From the NCBI GenBank assembly GCA_029570375.1, contig JAKPXB010000040.1:155464-219463 (forward strand): DNA of 64,000 nt, in the 5' to 3' direction. The first letter of the stretch is position 1, and every line of letters starts with the position of its first letter. Positions 1 through 9,800 of the stretch are shown in pieces. Source of the stretch: Bacillota bacterium. Lineage in GTDB: Bacteria > Bacillota > Clostridia > Saccharofermentanales > DTU023. Position numbers and translations under genes: made by a program. The notes beneath the pieces were generated by a model. The model was given only the letters and a program-made list of their open reading frames with translations. It made no database searches and was not told the DNA's origin.

Positions 1-1
1 C

Positions 2-2176
2 GGTTTATCGCCGCTTCAAAATGATGTCATCGACGCCTTTGAGAACGCGGCGCTCGCCCTCGGCTGGACTTCCGCCCGCGATTTCCGGAATCTGGAAGCT
101 TCCCCTGCTTTAATCGAACGTGAACTCACGGACCGCTATCATGTGAGCGGTATTGAACGGAATCAGATACACGCCGCCTTAGACGATGTTTTCCATCTCC
201 TCGCTGTTACGTCAAAAATGCGCCGTGTCAGAAACGGACATGGCAAGTGTGAGCTGCTTCTCGATTTTATGTTTGAAGGAACACCCTCCGGGGAGAAAGC
301 ACATAACCCGGCCGCCGGAACTTCCCAAAGAGCAGTCCATTCAACGCTTCCAGCCGGCCCGGCATTTCCCGAGCCAGTTTTTTCTCCCGGTTCACTGGCG
401 GAACGTGTCATGGCAAGGCGCGACCTCCTCCTCTCCTATGGGCGCGCGGACAGTGTTTCACTCCTTGTTTCTTCGTGGAACGCAGCCGTCGATTTCTTGA
501 CGGAATCCGGAGAACTCCTGGGGAAAACGCGCCTCTCACAGGAGCACTTTACTGAGCTCCTGCTCGCCGGCCTTGAGGGGCTTTCCCTCTCCTCCGTCCC
601 GTTCGGCGTCGACCGCGTGCGCGTCGGCTCACTCCAATCCATGGCGGCATGGCCATGCCGCGTTCTCTTTATCCTCGGCACGAAAGAATCTGTATTCCCC
701 CCGGAGGTGCGGCAGCAAGGTTACCTCTGTGATGAAGAACGCGATTTTCTCTCGGAGCAGCTGGGAAAACCTTTCCCCAATCGAAGAAAAGACCAGCCGG
801 CCTCCCAGGCATGGCTCGTCCACATGCTGCTCGCGCGCCCGTCAACAGCGCTCTACCTCTCCGTCCCGTCGCTCGGGGAAGAGCAGTCCCATGTCTTTGA
901 TGAACTGCGCCGCAGAGCATTCGGAACCGTGACTGTGTTCTCCGAACCGTGCTGTGAACCGGATGTCCGGTGGAACGCGCTTCCCGCTGCCCTGCGCATC
1001 ACGCGCTGGAACACCGAGGCACCGCCTGCCTGGAAAGCGGCCGCCGCTAAACTGTCAAAAACAGAACACCGTCTGCGGGCGCCTGCCGATGAGATCGCGG
1101 AGCATTATACTGTTCCGGAAAATCTTGCCAGAGAAGTTATCATCTGCAGAGACGGTGTCAGCGCCTCTTCGCTACAGCAGTACAATACCTGTCCTTTCCG
1201 CTTTTTTACCGCTTATGTGGCGCGGGCGCGCGACCGCGAGATCGCGAGGGACGATCCCGGAGCGCAGGGGACGATGCTGCATCGGCTGATGGAGCTCGCG
1301 GCAAGGGATTTAACGGACCGCCTTCACCGCGCCGGAACGCCGGAAGAAACGGAAAAAATGACCAGGGAATGGCTTCAGGAATCTGTCGTTAATCCTGCGT
1401 ATATGCGAGAACTTTACGACCTCGCGGCAGCAGGCCGCGGGCTCGGCTGGTACGCGCGCCCTTCGCTCTCCGGAAGCATTGGAGAGCGATTGAGACTGTA
1501 CGCCGCCAAAACCTTACAGGTACTCACCGCTTTCGGAGACAACGGCTCCTATTCCCCACGCTTTCTGGAATGGTATTTCCCCAGTGACAGCTCAAAGCCC
1601 TACCGCTTGCGGGCAGGAGGCGCCTCCTTTACGCTCCGGGGGCTGATCGACCGCGTCGAAGAGAATCAATCGGGTGACGTTCGGTTGATCGACTACAAGA
1701 GGTCCGGCAAAGATTTTTCATGGCTTGCCCTCCGCGACGGCACCGACCTTCAGCTCCCGCTCTACAAGCGCGCTTTTGAGGCCGCTTTCCCCGACAGAAA
1801 AATAAAGGAGTTTTACTTCTGTGGTTTTGACAGCCCCGACTCAAAAGACTTTCTGTCATACGACAGCGATCCAGCCGATAAAAATGAAGCGATGGCCTCG
1901 TTAATGAAACAAAAGAAACGATGGGAGACCGGAGAAATAGAGGCTGTAGCGCGATTCGCCGAGCAAAAAGCTGTCCGGACAATCGAAAACATGCTCTCCG
2001 GAGACTTCTCCGCCAAACCGAAGATCCGGAGTGAAAAGGACAATCCGTGCCGTTATTGTGTATGGCGGGCTGCCTGCGGTTATGACGGCCGGCTCGCGAG
2101 AAACGCGCCCCTTCCGTCCGATCGGGCGGCTGTTGCACGTGCGCGGGATATGATCATATGTGAAGAGGGCGAATAA
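2..2176 (+). CDS. addB: AddB/RexB-type helicase-nuclease subunit B, C-terminal ~724 aa (5' end outside window)
   Basis: The frame of ORF 143..2176 stays open back to base 2. The C-terminal region carries the Cys pattern YNTCPFRFF ... NPCRYCVWRAAC (C ... CxxCx5C), typical of the AddB Fe-S nuclease domain. An AddA partner is present at 6854. Confidence 0.8.
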   Translation, partial: GLSPLQNDVIDAFENAALALGWTSARDFRNLEASPALIERELTDRYHVSGIERNQIHAALDDVFHLLAVTSKMRRVRNGHGKCELLLDFMFEGTPSGEKAHNPAAGTSQRAVHSTLPAGPAFPEPVFSPGSLAERVMARRDLLLSYGRADSVSLLVSSWNAAVDFLTESGELLGKTRLSQEHFTELLLAGLEGLSLSSVPFGVDRVRVGSLQSMAAWPCRVLFILGTKESVFPPEVRQQGYLCDEERDFLSEQLGKPFPNRRKDQPASQAWLVHMLLARPSTALYLSVPSLGEEQSHVFDELRRRAFGTVTVFSEPCCEPDVRWNALPAALRITRWNTEAPPAWKAAAAKLSKTEHRLRAPADEIAEHYTVPENLAREVIICRDGVSASSLQQYNTCPFRFFTAYVARARDREIARDDPGAQGTMLHRLMELAARDLTDRLHRAGTPEETEKMTREWLQESVVNPAYMRELYDLAAAGRGLGWYARPSLSGSIGERLRLYAAKTLQVLTAFGDNGSYSPRFLEWYFPSDSSKPYRLRAGGASFTLRGLIDRVEENQSGDVRLIDYKRSGKDFSWLALRDGTDLQLPLYKRAFEAAFPDRKIKEFYFCGFDSPDSKDFLSYDSDPADKNEAMASLMKQKKRWETGEIEAVARFAEQKAVRTIENMLSGDFSAKPKIRSEKDNPCRYCVWRAACGYDGRLARNAPLPSDRAAVARARDMIICEEGE

Positions 2177-2314
2177 ACCGCCCTCCCCGCCGCGCCTCCG
2201 GAAAGGCTTCTGCCGCCGGTGCCCTTTTTTATAAACAGTCTGGCTGGCAGGGGATTCCCGGCCGATGTGCGTTTACGGCGCAGGAACCGGTATCTGTCCG
2301 GATTCCGAGCCCTC

Positions 2315-4942
2315 TTAAGTTCCGGCGTCCGTTTCCGGAATGATCGCCGGAGGCCAGGGGTTCTCCTTCATCCAGTTAATGTAAGGTTCGGCTATTTTCT
2401 TCCAGTCGTCAGACGAAAGAAGGTCGCGGTAATAATCGGAATCGACGATGAGTTTAGCTGTCTCGAAACGAATCTTGACCTCACGGTTAATCCGTTTCAC
2501 ATACTCATTCTCGTCCTCTTCGAGTGTCTTTCCTTCGTGCAGTGTAAATACGCCCGTCTTCGCGTCGTATTTCCCGTAGTCCGTAATCCAGCTCCTCCCA
2601 AGAAAGATAACAAGCGCGTCATGATCGGAGAAGATATCCCGGCCGGACAGCATACGCGAATCAAACGGAACGCCCATATAGTTGTATGCGGTGGGGAGAA
2701 GGTCCGCGCTGCAGCAATATTTATCGACGACCTCCGGTTTGATACCGTCATGATAGAAGAACGCGGCGCTCTTGTAGATACCGAAAGTCTTGTCGAGCTC
2801 CATGCCGGCCATCGCGTCCAGATTGCTCTTCTCCATTCCGTAAGGGTAGTGGTCCGGATTGAGCACGATCAGTGTTCTGTCGGCAATCCCCGCCTCACGC
2901 AGCTGCTGCAGCAGATTGGCCATGGCGAGTTCTAAATCGTAATTGGCCGCCTTATAGCAGATCGCCTCATCCGGAAGGTCGAGGTGCTTATAGACGCTGT
3001 AGTGGCGAGAAGCCATCATATTGCCGATGCGGGTATAAGCGGCATGGCCGCTGACAGTCAGATAGTAGACGTGGAACGGTTCTTTGCCGATGAACTCTCC
3101 TACAGTCTTTTCCATCATCTCGAGGTCGGACTCCGGCCATGTCCGTTTGACTTCAAGGCCATGTCCCAAACCTCTGTACAAGTAGCCTAGGTTGGGGTGG
3201 GACAGGTCGCGCGAATAATAACTCCAGGTGTGATTGTGCCATGCGTAAGTCGTATAACCGAGCTTCCGGAAAAGATTCCCGGGCGCCATGGCGAGATCAT
3301 TCTTGTGCGCTTCTTTCAGTGTCCAGACACCCGGTTTCGGGATCATGCCGCACAGGCCGGCGTATTCCCCGTCGAGCGTTGAGACTCCCCACACGGGGTT
3401 ATAGAAATTTGTGAAATGCACGCCTTCATGCCACATTTTCCACAAGGTCGGCGTCAATTCGGGATCCATCGCGTAAGGGGAAAAACTCTCAGCCGTCACG
3501 AAGATCAGATTAAAACCTTTGCCTCTTCCCGTATGGTCATTCGTATAGGTCGGCACTGTTCTCGAGAAGACTTTGTCGAGATAGCGGATCTGGTCGGTGC
3601 GTGTCTTGCCCTGAAGAACGGCAGGAGTGCCGTCATCAGGCTTCTGGTCGCCGAGCCTCGCGTCGAAATCAACGGGGAGAATGTTTGGGAGCCGCTCTAC
3701 AACAGATCCCGGATCAGTCTGTGATGGTTCAGGTTCGGAACCGGAAGAGGATGTCGACTCAACCGGCTTCGCGGTAAAGATGGGATCATCGGGGATAAGA
3801 TCGGGATCAATCGGCGCTGACCTCGGAAAGATGAGATGGCTTATATCGACACCCATCGCCGTCAGAAGACCGAACTGGTTCGCGCCCATCTGAATTTCAT
3901 TCTCGTAGAAGAAATTCTGCCAGGGGCTGTTATAGGTACGGTTGAATACCATGCTCCCGATGGAAACAAAAAACATAGCGACGGAAAGGGCGACGCAGAT
4001 AAGTGAATCGCGCCAGCGGACGTGTTTAGCCATGCACGGAGCGAAAAGGCGTTTCCGAAGATAGGCGAAATAGGTAATAACAGGAACAAACATCAGTAAA
4101 ATCCACGGCAGATTGCGCAGAATTTTGAGTATGATGTCTTTCGTAAACTGAGCGAGCTGCCCGCCATGTCCGATCGAATAGAAGACAAAGAATGTCCGGA
4201 AAAACCGGTAATAAATCAACTGAGCGCTGTATATGAACGGGAAAAAAATCATCGCCGCGGCGAACAGAATATAACGCCCTCTCCGCGGGAATAAGCTGAC
4301 CACACCCGCCAGCAGAAGCGCATTCGCCGCGACAAACAATGGCGTATGGATCAGACCGATACTGAAGAAATTTTCACTTGTCGTTACGCGGAGTACAAAT
4401 TCGCAGAGACCCTGCTGAACAAAAAACATGATCGCAAAGATCGCGAGACAATGGATCCGCTCCCGGATGCGCCATCCGCTTTTCTGACGGAGATCGGCCG
4501 CCAGATCAAATTTGCCTGTCGCTTCGCGTCCGGGCGCACCGTGACGCTGACCGGATGACTGGGAACCCTCCACCTGTGCCCGGCGCGGCCCCGCTTTCGC
4601 CGAAGGCGGTGCATATCCGGCGGGGTGGATCCGCCGGGGCGCGATCAGCCGCCCTTCCTCAGGGCATACGCCGGAGCGCGGATGCTCATTGCCTTCCGCT
4701 TCCCGGCAGCCAGTCTCATACGCGATTTGAATACGCGGTTTGCGGATGCTCGCGGATTTCGCAGAAGAACTGTTGCGGCCGGGGGAAGCTTCCTCTGCCC
4801 CCTGTTCATTCTGTTTCGGATATCCGGCAGTCTGCCCGTTATTGTATTCAGTTTTCGCGCCGGTGCTCTCTTTCAGGTGCCGGCGTCTATAAGCACCGGA
4901 GTACGATTCAATCGATTCCGGCGCGTTGTTTTGTTCACTCAT
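2315..4942 (-). CDS. LTA synthase / sulfatase-family membrane protein with a long low-complexity N-terminal extension
   Basis: Multi-TM N-terminal half followed by a sulfatase-type domain (FNLIFVTAESFSPYAMDPELTPTLWKM, HAAYT...). I chose the ATG at 4942 because GGGAGG lies 9 nt upstream; the ORF track starts at a GTG at 4966. Confidence 0.75.
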   Translation of the reverse strand: MSEQNNAPESIESYSGAYRRRHLKESTGAKTEYNNGQTAGYPKQNEQGAEEASPGRNSSSAKSASIRKPRIQIAYETGCREAEGNEHPRSGVCPEEGRLIAPRRIHPAGYAPPSAKAGPRRAQVEGSQSSGQRHGAPGREATGKFDLAADLRQKSGWRIRERIHCLAIFAIMFFVQQGLCEFVLRVTTSENFFSIGLIHTPLFVAANALLLAGVVSLFPRRGRYILFAAAMIFFPFIYSAQLIYYRFFRTFFVFYSIGHGGQLAQFTKDIILKILRNLPWILLMFVPVITYFAYLRKRLFAPCMAKHVRWRDSLICVALSVAMFFVSIGSMVFNRTYNSPWQNFFYENEIQMGANQFGLLTAMGVDISHLIFPRSAPIDPDLIPDDPIFTAKPVESTSSSGSEPEPSQTDPGSVVERLPNILPVDFDARLGDQKPDDGTPAVLQGKTRTDQIRYLDKVFSRTVPTYTNDHTGRGKGFNLIFVTAESFSPYAMDPELTPTLWKMWHEGVHFTNFYNPVWGVSTLDGEYAGLCGMIPKPGVWTLKEAHKNDLAMAPGNLFRKLGYTTYAWHNHTWSYYSRDLSHPNLGYLYRGLGHGLEVKRTWPESDLEMMEKTVGEFIGKEPFHVYYLTVSGHAAYTRIGNMMASRHYSVYKHLDLPDEAICYKAANYDLELAMANLLQQLREAGIADRTLIVLNPDHYPYGMEKSNLDAMAGMELDKTFGIYKSAAFFYHDGIKPEVVDKYCCSADLLPTAYNYMGVPFDSRMLSGRDIFSDHDALVIFLGRSWITDYGKYDAKTGVFTLHEGKTLEEDENEYVKRINREVKIRFETAKLIVDSDYYRDLLSSDDWKKIAEPYINWMKENPWPPAIIPETDAGT

Positions 4943-5116
4943 CCGAGCTCGCCTCCCGCTGCTCACTGTAAAATATCATATTCCCGGGAAGAGTAAAAAG
5001 CTGCCACTCAGCCGAATTTTCCACCCGCCCATCATATCACAAACTTCGGATTTGCAAACAAAGACCGGAAATAAGGACCGCCGGCTGAACATCAGCTTCG
5101 CTTTCAACGGCGGATG

Positions 5117-6565
5117 TCAGTTATCCGTGTATCTGACCTGTTCGGGCACAGAAGCCTCTACAATAATAACTCCGGCCCCGCCGTACTGTTCTTTAAACTG
5201 CGAAACGGCGGACAATTCAATATCATCATGAATTTTCAGATTAACCTCTTTGAAATCATCAACCCGCTCTGTGTCATACATGATTGAGTCGACGACATAG
5301 ATAAGGTAAAGCGTCGAAAACACCCGGTCCCCTTCGCTGTAATGACTCTGATAAGGAATCGCTTCAGCGCACGTCCCCTCGATCGAAACCTTGTAGATCA
5401 GCGCGACGAAATTATCCGCGCGGTTCGCCTGGGGATAGCCGTAAAAAATGCGGACGACACCATGCCTCTCGAGATAATCCCAGCGGCTGAGAGGATCGCC
5501 CGCCCGCGAATCATCATTCCAGTAATTGTGAATCAGACGTGCCTGAATATCCTCCTCCAGCCGACCGCCCAATTTGTCAAAAAGCGGCATCAGATCGACA
5601 TGATCCAGGTTGCGGGGATATTCTTTCAGCCCGCTGACCGTAAAATCCTTCGATACAACAGACGATGCCATCCCGTGATCGGCAAACCACTCATGATCAG
5701 CCTGAGCGACAACATTCACCTTATCCCCGTTCGACAGGTTCACGGCAGGCGTCACAGAAAAGAGGAGGGGCGGTTCGGCGTTCGCGCGCGGTTCAACCCA
5801 TTCAGCGGGCAGCCTCGTCGTATCGATGGAAACTGTGCCCTGATCACTCACGCCATCGTAGATGAGAGCAAGGTTTTCAAAAAAATCAACATTTCTCAGC
5901 GGTTGAAGCCCCTCGACTGTAAAAGGCAGAACCACTTCTTCCGCGATACAGCCTTTTGACGTCAGCCCGCTGTTATCAGGCATCACGCGCAATTCGACGC
6001 GCTCCCCGTTCGAGAGGTTCGTCTTCGGCGTGAGAAAGGTGAAACTGAAATGCTCGCGGTAACGCTCCGTATTGCCCGAGAGCTCGATCTCCGCCGTTCC
6101 GCGGCTTTCAAAGCCTGAGAAGACAAGCTTCACTTCAGATTCAATGTCAATCTTTTCCGCCTCTTCAAGATGATCGACGCGGTAAACAAATTTATTGTTC
6201 CTGAACCGGACATGGCCCGCCTTGGCTAGTTCCTCGTCATGGCTCGCACGGATCGTAATCTCATCTCCATTTTTCAGCCCTGTCACCCGGTCAGCTGTAA
6301 AAATAAGTGAATTCAAGGCGGCTTCCCTGATAAAGAGCCGTCTGATTCCTTCCTCATCCGTTTCGCGGAGAGAATCACCTTCTTCTTTGATCAGCTGAGC
6401 GATTCGTTCCGCGTTTGATTTCACGGTAAGTGTCCCGTATCCGTTCGCCCCGGTCACGACAACAGCCGCGAGTTCGCGCGCGTCAAAAGAGCGGGTGCCG
6501 CAAGCTGTGCCGCCAAGAACCAGCAGTCCGATCAAAACGCAGATACGAATCAATTTCGTTCTCAA
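5117..6565 (-). CDS. Secreted lipoprotein of unknown function with internal repeats
   Basis: TTG start 8 nt after GGGAGG. Signal peptide MRTKLIRICVLIGLLVLGGTAC ends in Cys. Repeated modules are visible (TPKTNLSNGERVELRV / TPAVNLSNGDKVNVVA / GLKNGDEITIRA; FTVEGL / FTVSGL). Confidence 0.6.
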   Translation of the reverse strand: MRTKLIRICVLIGLLVLGGTACGTRSFDARELAAVVVTGANGYGTLTVKSNAERIAQLIKEEGDSLRETDEEGIRRLFIREAALNSLIFTADRVTGLKNGDEITIRASHDEELAKAGHVRFRNNKFVYRVDHLEEAEKIDIESEVKLVFSGFESRGTAEIELSGNTERYREHFSFTFLTPKTNLSNGERVELRVMPDNSGLTSKGCIAEEVVLPFTVEGLQPLRNVDFFENLALIYDGVSDQGTVSIDTTRLPAEWVEPRANAEPPLLFSVTPAVNLSNGDKVNVVAQADHEWFADHGMASSVVSKDFTVSGLKEYPRNLDHVDLMPLFDKLGGRLEEDIQARLIHNYWNDDSRAGDPLSRWDYLERHGVVRIFYGYPQANRADNFVALIYKVSIEGTCAEAIPYQSHYSEGDRVFSTLYLIYVVDSIMYDTERVDDFKEVNLKIHDDIELSAVSQFKEQYGGAGVIIVEASVPEQVRYTDN

Positions 6566-6853
6566 CCGTGAATCCTCCCATACGGAACGGAACAGAACAG
6601 ACCGGCCGGACGAACACAGCCTTCCCTGTTTGTCTTCCTGTTCTCTTGAATCATATCACGTCGGCGGGATGATTCGATCGCGGAGGAGTTTTTTCTCTTA
6701 TCTTTAAGGGTAGAATGATAAAGCAGGAACATAGTCAGGCGGATCCCGCTCCTTACCGCGGGATGCCCCGCCGGTTACCGGATTGAAGCCGATCCGCTTC
6801 GGAGAAACCGGAATCGCGCCTGTCTAGGAAAACAGAAGGACGAAGTAAGGGCA

Positions 6854-9800
6854 ATGTCAGATCTTCCGTGGACACCTGAACAGATTTTCGCCATAAAGTT
6901 TGATGAACCACACCGGCTGCTCGTATCGGCCGCAGCCGGTTCAGGAAAAACAGCTGTCTTGACTGAGCGCATTGCGGAGCGCTCGCTAAAAGGATTCATC
7001 AGCCCGGCACGGCTGCTTGTTATGACGTTCACAGAACTCGCGGCCAAACAGATGAAGAATAAAATTATATCCCGGTTTCGGGAACTTCATGCTTTATCGG
7101 ACAGCGAAGGAGAGCGAAAGCACATTGAACGGTTGGTCCGGGAATTCCCTCTCGCGCAGATATCGACGATTCACGCTTTCTGCAATTCTGTTCTATCTTC
7201 TCACTTAACAGAATTCACGGACGGAGAAGGCAATCCCCTGCTTGAGCCGGGATACCGCATTCTTGAGGGGTCCGAGGAGCAGAACCTGCTCAGCGAAGCG
7301 GTGGAATCCGTCCTCTCGCGCCTGTACGCCCAGCTTGACACGCTGGAAAAATCTGAGACTGAAGGAAATCCGATCTCTCAATCCCCCTCTCGCATGGAAT
7401 CGACCAAAGAAATCCGCGAGAAGGATACCCCCTGTTTCAGCGAGGCTGTTCCGCGCGGGATCCCCGCTTGTGCGGACGAAGCGGCGCCTTTTGTACTCGC
7501 GGGAGACGACTGCACAACCGCCCAGTGGCTCCGGGATTTCAAAGCCGTCTCATTCGCCTACGCTCCCGGCCTGGATGACCGCCCGCTCCGCGAGGCGGTT
7601 TCGGCTATGCTCGAACAGCTGCGGAATCTGCCGCGATACGAAAAAGTCATCGCCGCCGCCTACGATGATTTCGCGGACAGCGTTTCTTCTTTTCCGAACG
7701 GGCAAACTTACGCCTATTGGTGGGAACTGTTTGAAAAAACATCGGAAAGGGCGAGGCGTGCACTCGGCGAGCTGCAGTACACGGATCACTACGCCCGCAT
7801 GTTCGATCAAACCCCCGGCCGCAAAAAACCGAAACACCTCGTGGATATGGCTGACGCCACACGGGAAATGGAGAGAATCGTCACAGCTCTCGGGACATCA
7901 GTCGATCGGTCCGAAGAGCGCTGGAACGAAATCGTCACGTGCGGCAAAACACTCCCTGCCCTGGAGCTCCCCGGTTTTGGCTCCCGCTCCTCAGCGAATG
8001 AAGAAGTCATCGCAAAGAACGCTTACCTGGAGCAGTTCTTCCGCGAAGTCTTCCCTCTCGCCGCGCTCATTTCCAACAAAATCAACCGCGGTTCCGAACG
8101 AAACAAGAAATACATCTCGCAGTATCCCCCTGTTTTCACCGTATCCGTGGAGGAAGCGAGAGAATCCATGCGTGCGACGCTCGGGCCGGTTGCCCGTTTC
8201 CTGGAAACAGTCCTCCTCGTCGACGCCGCGTTTAAAAAAGCCAGATTTGCGAAGAATGCCATTCTCTTCAGCGATATCGAGCATGGGGCGCTCGCCATCC
8301 TCGACAAAAGCGATATCGGCGGCATCGTCAGCCAGCAGTATGATGAGATCTATATCGACGAATACCAGGACACAAGCAGTATTCAGGATGCCATCATCGC
8401 CTCGATTGACCGCGAAAATGTCTTTATGGTCGGAGACGTCAAGCAGAGCATCTACCGTTTTCGCTATGCGAATCCACAGCTTTTCTCTGCGCGTGCGGAC
8501 GCTTCGCTCCTCTGCCGCCCTGACCGGCCTGCCGGAGAATTATCACCGCGTCACGCCGGCTTTCTCGCGCTTCTGAACAGGAATTTCCGCAGCCGACCCG
8601 GCATTATTGACTTTGTAAACGGGTTTTTCAGCGCGTTCCTGACAAAAACCGCGGGCGAGATCGAATACGACGATACACAGGCGCTTGAAGCCGCGCGCCC
8701 GCATGCCGGCGCGGACAAAACGCCGCGATGCCTGCGCGAACCGGAGGTCGTCTGGGAAATCGCGTCGCACACCGATGCCGGCGCAGCTATAGAAGAAATC
8801 TCCGTCGCGGAGGAAACAGAACCCGTCTCCCTTCCGACAGATTTGCCTCCTGACATCCCCCGATCCGCCATAAAAATAGAAGCCTGGATGGCAGCGCGTA
8901 TTATTGGCAATCTGCTGGACGCCGGAGCAAAGCCGGAGGCCATCGCCATCCTGCTCCCGACAAACGATTACTGCCGAATCTATGAAGACGTGCTGCTGTC
9001 ATTCGGTATCCCTGTCACAAGCCGTTCGGGAAAAACTTTCCCCGATAACCTCGTCAGCCGCCAGGTGGAAGCGCTTCTCTCTGTCCTGGACAATCCCCGT
9101 CAGGACAACCCTCTTCTCTCTGTCATGATCGGTCCGTTCGCTCCGGACCCTTTTACCGGCGAGGAACTGATCACCATCGCGCGGGAAGATGCCTGCCCTG
9201 CCGGATCAGCGTCATCTGAAGACCGGTCCGGGGAGGAGAGCGCCGGGCAGCGCGCCACGGCATTCTTTCACGACCGCCTGCGGCACCTGTGCGCAAGAGA
9301 CAGCTTGTCGCCGCTTTCCGGGAAGGTGCGTACATTCAATGAGCGGATGGATCGCTGGAGAATACTGGCGACGGAACTGAACGCAGGCGAATGGCTCGAC
9401 ACCGTTTTTCTGGAATCAGATTATCCCTCCTATATCGCCCGCGGTCCGCTGGGTGCGAGCCATTACGCGGAACTGGAACAGCTGGCGGACTGGCTCGGAG
9501 CATCCGGCCAGGCCGGCCGGCCGGGTGTCCGCGCGATGCTCCACCGGTTGCGGGAATCGCTCAACAGACCTGTCCGGCTGGATGCTGAGGCGGGGGCTTC
9601 GCCGGAGGGGTCCGTCCATCTCCTGACCAGGCACAGCAGCAAAGGACTCCAATGGGACTACGTTCTTCTGGGCGGGCTGAACCGCCGCGATACGGGAAAC
9701 CGTTCAGAGCAAATCATCTCCTATTCCGAACAGGATGGGCTGTCGAGTTTTACGATCGGCCGACATGGCCTCGCTGTCTACAATAATGCCCTTAACCAAT

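Noticed and set aside
2177-2314. A possible bidirectional terminator between addB and the convergent LtaS-family gene (T-run at ~2224-2231).
   Set aside because: I could not find a convincing stem preceding the T-run, only 4-bp pairings, so it is not reported as a feature.
7242-8576. Many long ORFs overlap annotated genes in other frames or on the opposite strand. Examples are 7242..8576, 17633..18565, 24786..25535, 33531..34343, 40598..41347, 44392..45129, 44717..45436, 47372..48124, 48886..49998, 51026..51925 and 62591..63892.
   Set aside because: These are typical shadow ORFs of high-GC DNA. They are Arg/Ala/Pro/Gly-rich low-complexity translations with no recognisable motifs. Each is fully overlapped by a gene with strong family signatures.
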